Shown here: positions 23,210 to 31,471 of the stretch, one piece after another | Position numbering within the stretch: the first letter of the stretch is position 1 | Layout of the letters: every line of letters starts with the position of its first letter | Assembly (NCBI GenBank): GCA_002269645.1 | Contig: NIVC01000215.1 | Span: 124,001 to 188,000, forward strand | Length of the DNA: 64,000 bases | Reading direction: 5' to 3' | DNA from: Macrostomum lignano | Taxonomy: Eukaryota | Translations under genes and position numbers: made by a program | Notes under the pieces: generated by a model | What the model saw: the letters and a program-made list of their open reading frames with translations, nothing else | What the model was told of the DNA's origin: nothing | Databases searched by the model: none

Positions 23210-25819
23210 ACCAAGCAGAAACAGCAGGCGCAGGCGCCAAACAGGCGGTCGGTGAAGCCGTCAACGCGCCAAACTCCTGCGGCGACATCAAAGCGTGGCG
23301 CCAGTAGCAGCGGCGCACAAACCGCTCCAACTTCGTCGGCGCCAACGCAACCGGCGCCGACAGCGTCAGCTAGTCACGGCCGTCAGTCTCCGACGCCGCG
23401 CGACGATCTCGGTGCCCGTCTGGCCCTGATGCAGCCGTCCAAGGAGCTGCTGGATTACTACAGGCGGAAAGTTCAAGACCTCGATGCCGATCATCAGCAG
23501 CTGGAGCATCGGCTGCAGGAATTTAGTGCCGCCTGCGGCGACCAGCACCGGCTGCAGTGGGAGCTGCGCCAGCGCGAGGACGAGATTGCCGAACTGCAGA
23601 AGGCCCTGTCTGATCTGCAGGTGTACCTATTCCAGGTAAGAGGCAATGGCGTTAATCACTTTCACGATAACTATAAGCTTCTCACATGACCGAAAGTTAG
23701 GGCCGCTGTACACTCCTGTGTGAGTGTGTGTCTGTGCGTTTGACTGCATACGTATCCACGCGCTTTTGTGCCTGCTCAAGGGAGTCCGTCTGGAGGATGC
23801 AACTTTCATGCATCTAAAAATGCTTTGTACTTTCGGCATTCAATAATCATATTTGGGCACAATTTAATTTGAAAAACTCAATTCTATAGTTACTACTGAT
23901 TACTCCACTCAGTAGTATAAAACAAAACTTGCCTTATTTCCCCCTCAAGGAGCGCGACCAAGTACTTCGCCTATACGCCGAGAATGACCGATTGAAGATC
24001 AAAGAGCTGCAAGATAGAAAGAAGATGGCCCATCTGTTGCAAATTTCCGGCGTTAGCGACAGCGAAGTCACTTATTTCCTCAAGGAGCCGCCAGACGTGG
24101 CCGTTGTGCCCCAGAAACTGCCCGGCCAGGTGCAACAGGCCGCTAAGTCGGCTAATCCGCAGTTGCTACGCGCTGCTCAGGCGTTGCCTGAAGCGTTGCG
24201 CAAAACTGTGCCAGCGTTGGAGCACGAAGCTGTGCTGAGGGAGTGCGACTCGCTCCGGCTGCAGCTGCACTCGCTGCAGAGCCAGCTGGAGGAGCAGGCT
24301 AAACTGTCTAAGGAGCAGGTGAGTGAGTGGGGTCTGCTTCTTTTATCTGTATTACTGTAGGCTCTGATCTAGTTATGTGTCCGTTCCTATTCTCTTTTTT
24401 GTATGTTTTTATTCATTACACCCCTTTTTAGTCATTAGAATAATGGTCATTACACCCCTTTCTAGTCATTAGAATAATGTCATTACAGAATTGTGATCAT
24501 TGCACCGCTTTCAAATAATGTCATGTCGTGTCTCATTTCTAGTCATATTAGCATCGATCATGACCAATTTCTGTAGTCACGTGAGCACCGGTCATTGGTA
24601 AGCTCATGTTAAACTCCCACACAATCCCGCAGGTTAACGCACTAATGGAGGACCGGCGTATTCGCGCAATGGAAGCGGATTCCAGCCGGGATCGGGATCA
24701 GGACAAGATCAAAGAGCTTGCCGACAAGCTCAAACGGGCCCAGGAGATGCTGCAAGACAGTACTAAAGATTTATTGGAGCAGCGCAAAGTGCACAAGCAG
24801 GCAGAGAAGACCTGGATACAGGAGAAGGCCCGCCTACTTCAGGAGATTGAGACTCGCCGGCCCAGGTATCAGAATACCCCATCTGAGCGGGAGCGCCTGC
24901 GGCAGCTGGTCTCCGGACAGGCTGAGGCCAGCTGGGCCAAAGCTGAGCAGTCGGCTGTGGTTGACGAACTGAGACAGCAGGTCAAAACTTTGGAGTATCA
25001 GCTGCAGCAGCAGACTGAGCTGGCCGATATGTATAGGGAGCAGGTGAGCTGGCCGATATGTATAGGGAGCAGGTGAGCTGGCCGATATGTATAGGGAGCA
25101 GGTGAGCTGGCCGATATGTATAGGGAGCAGGTGAGCTGGCCGATATGTATAGGGAGCAGGTGAGCTGGCCGATATGTATAGGGAGCAGGTGAGCTGGCCG
25201 ATATGTATGGTCTGGGGACACCCCAGACCATTGTGTTGGAGGATCCCCCTGACACCCCAGACCATTGTGTTGGAGGGTCTCCCTGACACCCCAGACCATT
25301 GTGTTGGAGGATCCCCCTGACACCCCAGACCATTGTGTTGGAGGGTCTCCCTGACACCCCAGACCCCGCTGCCGCCAACCGCAGGTGGTGCAGGCCGAGG
25401 ACCAGCTGTGCAGGCTGCGGGAGGAGCGCGAGTCGGCCGCCGATCTCTACAAAGACCGGGCCAGCAAAATCGGCGGCCGCCTGCAGCTGATGAACCAGCG
25501 CTACGCCGAGCTGGAACGTCGGCGCAATCTAGAAGTCGAAGGCTTCAAAACCGACATTCAACAGCTCAGACAGAAGCTGCGCGGCGTCGAGCGTCAGCTG
25601 TACAAGCTGACCATCGGACTGGGCGACAGCGTAACAAACGGCGCCCGACTGTTGCGTCCAGCCGGCGGCGGGGCCGCCGATGTTGGTGCCGACGGCGTCG
25701 ACATGGCCCTGTTGAAGGAGGTGCGGGCCACCTCCGGCCGGTCTAAGCAGCTGGGCGACGAGCTTAAACAGCTCAAAGCGATGATGTACGGCCTGGAGAA
25801 TGAGCTGCGGCATCTGTGA
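23210..25819 (+). CDS. CCDC77: Coiled-coil domain-containing protein 77; true start not located
   Basis: Exons 23210-23635, 23950-24318, 24633-25043, 25385-25819, phase-0 GT-AG introns. PSKELLDYYRRK...IAELQKALSDLQVYLFQ|ERDQVLRLYAENDRLKIKEL...EVTYFLKEPP matches my recollection of the conserved CCDC77 N-terminal coiled coil. No in-frame ATG at the 5' end of the first exon, so an upstream exon is likely. Confidence 0.85.
25017..25209 (+). repeat. 29-bp tandem repeat of the exon end plus splice donor, ~6.5 copies
   Basis: Unit GAGCTGGCCGATATGTATAGGGAGCAGGT = last 27 nt of the exon + GT. Confidence 0.95.
25217..25364. repeat. ~32-33-bp minisatellite, ~4.5 copies, CCDC77 intron
   Basis: GACACCCCAGACCATTGTGTTGGAGG(ATC/GTCT)CCCT. 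Confidence 0.9.
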
Positions 25820-25906
25820 TGCTGGGGCGTGACCGCGACTGATAAATTTACTTTAGAATATATTCAATGAAAAAATTTATTATACATGCAGTTTTTATGA
25901 CACTTT

Positions 25907-26040
25907 AGGATTGAGATCTGATTGACATCTCATTGAGATCTGACTGACATCTCATTGAGATCTCACTAATCTCTCATTGAGATCTCACTGACATCTCATT
26001 GAGATCTGACTGACTGACTCATTTGAGATCTTACTAATGT
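25907..26040. repeat. 22-bp tandem repeat, ~6 copies
   Basis: TTGAGATCT(G/C)ACTGACATCTCA; junction dyad ATCTCA-T-TGAGAT. Confidence 0.85.
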
Positions 26041-26716
26041 ATAATTGCTATCTAACTGACAGAAAAGAGTAGATGTAAGCAGTTTCGAAGGATAATATTA
26101 AGTCAAGCGTGAGATTAGGGATGGAGATTTTAATAAATCTATTTCAGTTTAGATAATCTTTTAAAATAGACGATTAAATTAATCATTTTTAAAGAATAAA
26201 AACGCTTTGTTAATACTGTAAGTAGCCAGTAATAGAGAAACTGTCTGTATTTTTATTTATGCTAACACTGTAATTTTATTCCAATGCACCCAGGTAGTGA
26301 AAAAAAATATAATTAATAATTGTGGTAGTCCTGCCAGTCTACAGTTGCCCGATTTACTTATTTATCCGTCCATCTGTGCTTACAATGTCCAATATTCTTA
26401 AAACATGCCAATGCATTCCTTATGTTTTTTTATTTCGTATTACAAGATTTATTAGCTTATAATAAATGATATATCTTTATAATGTATGATACACCCCTGA
26501 TGCTGCGCATCAAGGGACTTCGTGTACTCTTTGTAAAATTCGGTCAATATACGCGTGTTTTATATGAACAAACCAGCTTACTATATGGTGTGTCAGTACG
26601 AAATATGATATTTTTGTCTTTCGATTTTGATCGCTTAACTCTACGTGCTTCATGTACATTGTAGTGTCGAACTCCAGGTTAGACCCTGGCATGCATAGCT
26701 ACACTCTACTGAATAC

Positions 26717-26894
26717 CATCATAGAATCCCCAGTCCGGGTCATACAGAATCCCCTGATCGGTTCATACAGAATCCCCAGTCTGGGTCGTACAGAATCCCC
26801 TGTTCGGGTCATACAGAATCCCCAGTGTGGGTCATATAGAATCCCCAGTCTGGGTCATCCAGAATCCCTAGTCTGGGTCATACAGAATCCCCAG
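26717..26894. repeat. 23-bp tandem repeat, ~8 copies
   Basis: CATACAGAATCCCCAGTCTGGGT; dyad CCCAG-T-CTGGG. Confidence 0.88.
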
Positions 26895-27182
26895 AGTAGG
26901 TAAAAGTACGAGTCTATCCCTGAGAGCACCTATTAAACATACGATTTGAAGGTCTAGTGGGAGGTACTAGGGGGAAACTTAAAAAACACAAATAAACACA
27001 TCTAATCTCCCCAACAATTGAAAAAAAAACAATAAACACAAATAAACATTTCCAATCATCCCCAACAATCGAAAAAAACCAAAAACACAATCTGAATCTA
27101 ACCCCCTAGTACCCCCCACAAGACCTTCAAATCGTATGTTTAATAGGTGCACAGTCCTATACGCGTACTTTTACCTACTACT
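26893..27182. repeat. ~290-bp inverted-repeat cassette with Polinton-like AG(T) ends
   Basis: Left AGAGTAGGTAAAAGTACG...GCACCTATTAAACATACGATTTGAAGGTC...GGTACTAGGGGG is the reverse complement of the right arm ending CGTACTTTTACCTACTACT; arms ~80 bp; no TSD seen. Confidence 0.75.
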
Positions 27183-27295
27183 ACACAACCAACACTTACT
27201 AACTCTTCCAACACTTCCAACACCCACAACTCTTTCTAACCCCGCGCCGCGCCGCAGGCGCTTGGGGCACAAAAGGCTTTTTTCTGTTACAAAAA

Positions 27296-27785
27296 ATGAA
27301 CCGAGTTTACACCTTTTCTGTAAGCGATACTTTTGAAACTGTTGCTAAGAATTCAGAGATAATAAAACAGCATATATTGAATGGAATAATAGATGAAGTT
27401 TATTTAAAATACGACGATGGGCAGGAACTAAAACTTTATCCGCTAGAGTTGGATGGTTTATACGATTTTGAACAAGAGTGTGAGTTAATATTTCAACTTG
27501 AAGATTATTTAAATTCAGACGATTGGGAGATGCGATCAATCGATTCTGAGTCAACAAATAGTTCATATGAAACTAGTGATTCAGACAATCGAAGTGAAAT
27601 TTTTATGTAAAAAAATGAAGTTAAATTATTCCTACATTGGTAATGTAACAGTTAATGAACTTAATGAAAATGTAAGCTTGATAACAGTTGAACAAATGTC
27701 AATAATTATTTTAGTAACAATAATAGTAATAATATTGTTTTTGTTTGTTATAAAAATTTATTACCTTGTTGCCTTAAGTAATTGA
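27296..27785 (+). CDS. Two small AT-rich ORFs (acidic 104 aa; 72 aa with hydrophobic C-terminal stretch), likely Polinton accessory genes
   Basis: ORFs 27296-27610 and 27567-27785 converge on the integrase; no recognised motif. Confidence 0.3.
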
Positions 27786-28590
27786 TTCTCATAAAATGAT
27801 CCTAATATTTCTTGACCATCTTTATCGGCAATGATATAAGTTGTAGGATTTGTATTTAAAACTTTACTTACAATGAATTTCTCACTAATCTTCCAGTTGC
27901 CTTTTCGACCTTTTTCAAATTTATCTTTCCATTTATAAATATATACTTGATCACCAACTTTAAAAAATTTCTTTTTATTTTTTTCAACTTCCCTAAAAGT
28001 AACTTTAACATTTTCAGGATTGTTATAAGCTTGTTGTGGAGTCATATTTATCGCCGAATGATATGAATTATTATAATCTTTTACTACATCTGGTAATATT
28101 TTTTACCCACATTTGGTTACCGTTAAGACTGAACTGAAACCACAATTTCTTCCCCAAAGTTCTATTAAATCTCTCTATTAACGCGTTTTTGCTTTCGCCA
28201 TAAATAGAATAAATCTTATTGATATACTCACCGCTTGCGTCCTTTTTCCTTTCTTTTCCTTTCTCAAAATGATATAATTTATACATATGAGGATTGTAAA
28301 ATTCTTTTCCTTCATCAACACATAAACGCTCGCTTTTCTCCCCAATACTTCTAAAAGCAGCAGCAACAACTTCACCTTTTTTGGATTTCAATGGAATAGC
28401 CCACGCGCATATCGAGTAAAACCATCTAATATAGTTAAAATATACTTATATCCTCTGTCATTCGGCATCGACATTAAGTTAGCATACCAAATTTCATTCT
28501 TTTTGAAGTTCATGATTTTTCGGTAAAATTTCGGTTTTCGGTATTCTTTATGAAGTGTTTTTGCCTCATCAGAACTTAATCCACAGATGA
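27761..28590 (-). pseudogene. Polinton-type retroviral-like integrase, 2 frameshifts
   Basis: LHKEYRKPK, YKYILTILDGFTRYAWAIPLK (after removing a CG insertion ~28410), VDEGKEFYN, IERFNRTL, ILPDVVKDYNNSYHSAINMTP (after removing an extra A ~28103), FKVGDQV...FEKG...GSFYENQL. First catalytic position reads WYANL instead of the usual D. Confidence 0.9.
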
Positions 28591-28599
28591 GTAATAACA

Positions 28600-29330
28600 G
28601 ACAGTCAACACAATTATTTCCATGTTGATTGTAATTAATTCCTAAACCAAATTTAACTTTAGATTGCAGAATCTTTTTAACCACCCATTGAGTTAATCTT
28701 TGGCTTACCGATAATCCCTGTAAATTATCTAATCCCTCAATCATCTTTCGATCAGCTTCATGCTTTAATCTTAATGCTTCCTCAGGAGAATTCTTGTCGG
28801 CATTTCTGTATGCTAAGTCATGATAATATGCTAACCAATCAATACCGTTGATGGGAATTGAATCAGCTTTTGGTGTGTCATCAGGATTTAATCTCAAATC
28901 TAACCGAGTCCCCGGCAGTTTACGCTCTGTCTTTCGATAGAGGCTGGAGCACACCTTAAGTAGCTAAATTACCATCCACTTCCGTCTGCTCTCTGAACCT
29001 TCTCCATACTGAATTATCAACTTAGGAGCTTGGCTGCGCATTGCCACCTTGTCTTCAAGCTTTTTACCAGTGGGAAGAGAGTTACCTCTGTTCCTTTAAA
29101 AGATTTCTCAATTGAAGTGGTACTTGAAGCTGTATGACGGCTTTCACGCAATTTGAAGGTGTCGCCACAAATAGTGACTAGCAGTAGCTTTGCTTCTACC
29201 ACTCAGGCCACGAGTAACCTGCAAACGAATAGCCGAATATGCGATTCATTTGTATATTTCCCACAAGTAAATATTGGTGGTAAGCTTGTTAATCCTTTCT
29301 GAATATCCAACAATCCACCTTCATACACAA
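28600..29330 (-). pseudogene. Parvovirus-type phospholipase A2 domain (PLA2X-like), split by a ~300-bp insertion
   Basis: GGLLDIQKG...GKYTNESHI(P)GYSFAG | insertion ~29217-28916 | PGTRLDLRL...PINGIDWLAYYHDLAY...ADRKM...KSKVKFGLG; catalytic HD present. Confidence 0.85.
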
Positions 29331-29478
29331 TTTAGTTCATTTTTAATGCTTAAAAAACAATCTTCTATCAATTTAATAATTTCCAAATATTTATCACCAT
29401 ACAAAAAAATTAAAGCAAATTCCCCAGTTAAAGGTAACAGCATTATCAAATTCTTTTTGTATTGGGTTTTTAGTGTTA

Positions 29479-30408
29479 TTAATGCAAAAAATAATACAAA
29501 TCAAATTCAGGATTAATATTTTTAAACTCCAACAACTTTTGAATATTTCTAAATCGGCTTGAAGAACTATCGGTATTATCAGAAGATTTCGACTCTAACG
29601 CAACTTTACGATCATTATGTACTAAATCAATTTTCTTTACTTTTTCAAAACCAAAATGTTTAATAGCTAATAATTCATAAAGCGCTTCCGGACATTTGCC
29701 CTCCGGCACTTCCCCTCCGGCACTTGCCCTCCGGCACTTCCCCTCGGCGGCGTTTGCCCTCCGGACATTTGCCCTCCGGGACATTTCCCCTCCGGACATT
29801 TGCCCTCCGGACATTTCCCTCGGGGACATTTGCCCTCGGGGACATTTGCCCTCCGGACATTTGCCCTCCGGACATTTGCCCTCCGGACATTTCCCCTCCG
29901 CACATTTGCCCTCTGCAAATTTACCCCCTCGCACATTACTCACTCTCACCTCCTCCTGTACCCACCCGTCGTTCCTCCAGCACCAACCTCATCCTCCCGC
30001 CTCTTGCATCCATCAGGTTCTTCTCCAGCCAACAACTCATCCTTTTCTAGTAAGCAATATATACCCGCGCCCTACCCTATCCCCAGCCTTACCTGTACTT
30101 TTCCAGAGGGGAAATGTCCGGAGGGCAAATGTCCGGAGGGCAAATGTCCGGAGGGCAAATGTCCCCGAGGGCAAATGTCCTCGAGGGCAAATGTCCGGAG
30201 GGGAAATGCCGGAGGGCAAATGTCCGGAGGGCAAATGCCGGAGGGCAAATGTCCGGTAGCCTTCATAAAGAGATCCAAGATGCATCTGAATCGTTTTAAT
30301 ACGATTTGCAATTATTAATTCATCTTGAAATATTTTATTCAATATTCTATCACATCCAGTTTTATAATCAATGGGTTTACAAAGACAGGACTTTATCGTA
30401 TCATCCAT
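29479..30408 (-). pseudogene. Unknown ~116-aa Polinton ORF interrupted by a foldback element
   Basis: MDDTIKSC...HLGSLYE and LYELLAIKHF...YYFLH* join in frame when 29683-30261 and one TSD copy are removed. Confidence 0.7.
29683..30261. mobile_element. Non-autonomous foldback MULE-like element, 579 bp, 9-bp TSD
   Basis: TSD TTCATAAAG (29674-29682, 30262-30270); ends CGCTTCCGGACATTTGCCCTCC / rc GGCTACCGGACATTTGCCCTCC; inverted arrays of 15-bp CGGACATTTGCCCTC around a ~180-bp spacer. Confidence 0.9.
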
Positions 30409-30904
30409 TTAAAAAAAAATAATTAATACCAGTGTGTCCAGCAGCTTTAGCAGCAGCCAAAACAAGTTTTCGCGGAGTTTTAAATCCAACGGATCTTTTC
30501 GCCTCTATTGATTTAACAATACGTTTATACAAACTAGTGTTTTTAACAGCTCTTTCTCCCAATTCACCATAAATTTTTTTTGCGCTTACTAATTCATCTT
30601 TGTCATATAAATCAGGATTAAACTTTACTCTAGGATTTGTAACAATATTAAATGCCCCACCTAAATCCCGATATAGTTCATTCCTGTTTTTTACAGTCCT
30701 GCCAATTTGAAAATTATCATTAGGCAATTCTGTCACAGAAATACTTTGCGGAACCGCTCGGAAAATCTTCCCGATCGCCCACTTCTTGCCTCCTAATCTC
30801 TGCAACTCGCAATATTGCTTGATCCACCTCATAAACAGGCGGCTCATCTCTATATCAACACCATCATTCTCTTTTGGAGTTGTATTCTCAGCAATCTTTT
30901 CCAA
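30401..30904 (-). CDS. Unknown 167-aa ORF within the Polinton-like segment (5' end may lie in the gap)
   Basis: Open, AT-rich, overlaps the start of the next ORF as in compact viral genomes; no motif recognised. Confidence 0.45.
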   Translation of the reverse strand: MEKIAENTTPKENDGVDIEMSRLFMRWIKQYCELQRLGGKKWAIGKIFRAVPQSISVTELPNDNFQIGRTVKNRNELYRDLGGAFNIVTNPRVKFNPDLYDKDELVSAKKIYGELGERAVKNTSLYKRIVKSIEAKRSVGFKTPRKLVLAAAKAAGHTGINYFFLNG

Positions 30905-30917
30905 AAGTTTTTCAAAG

Positions 30918-31423
30918 NNNNNNNNNNNNNNNNNNNNNNNNNNNNNNNNNNNNNNNNNNNNNNNNNNNNNNNNNNNNNNNNNNNNNNNNNNNNNNNNNNN
31001 NNNNNNNNNNNNNNNNNNNNNNNNNNNNNNNNNNNNNNNNNNNNNNNNNNNNNNNNNNNNNNNNNNNNNNNNNNNNNNNNNNNNNNNNNNNNNNNNNNNN
31101 NNNNNNNNNNNNNNNNNNNNNNNNNNNNNNNNNNNNNNNNNNNNNNNNNNNNNNNNNNNNNNNNNNNNNNNNNNNNNNNNNNNNNNNNNNNNNNNNNNNN
31201 NNNNNNNNNNNNNNNNNNNNNNNNNNNNNNNNNNNNNNNNNNNNNNNNNNNNNNNNNNNNNNNNNNNNNNNNNNNNNNNNNNNNNNNNNNNNNNNNNNNN
31301 NNNNNNNNNNNNNNNNNNNNNNNNNNNNNNNNNNNNNNNNNNNNNNNNNNNNNNNNNNNNNNNNNNNNNNNNNNNNNNNNNNNNNNNNNNNNNNNNNNNN
31401 NNNNNNNNNNNNNNNNNNNNNNN
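30918..31423. other. Assembly gap (506 N)
   Basis: Run of N. Confidence 1.
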
Positions 31424-31471
31424 ACTTATTAAAAAAATAAATGACTGAGAGTCATAAGCTTTACTTACCCG

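Larger units (their letters stand above)
27183..30917 (-). mobile_element. Decayed Polinton/Maverick (adintovirus-like) segment, truncated by the assembly gap
   Basis: AT-rich compact ORFs: Polinton-type integrase, parvovirus-type PLA2, several unknown ORFs; frameshifts and two insertions. No pPolB, ATPase or capsid gene visible in the window. Confidence 0.8.

Noticed and set aside
29667-30318. GKCPE/RRANV/MSGGQ repeat ORFs
   Set aside because: Translations of the foldback element's 15-bp arrays; the same holds for the ASELP/GNSLA ORFs at 51847-52669.
30786-31448. ORFs spanning the N run
   Set aside because: Artefacts of the assembly gap.
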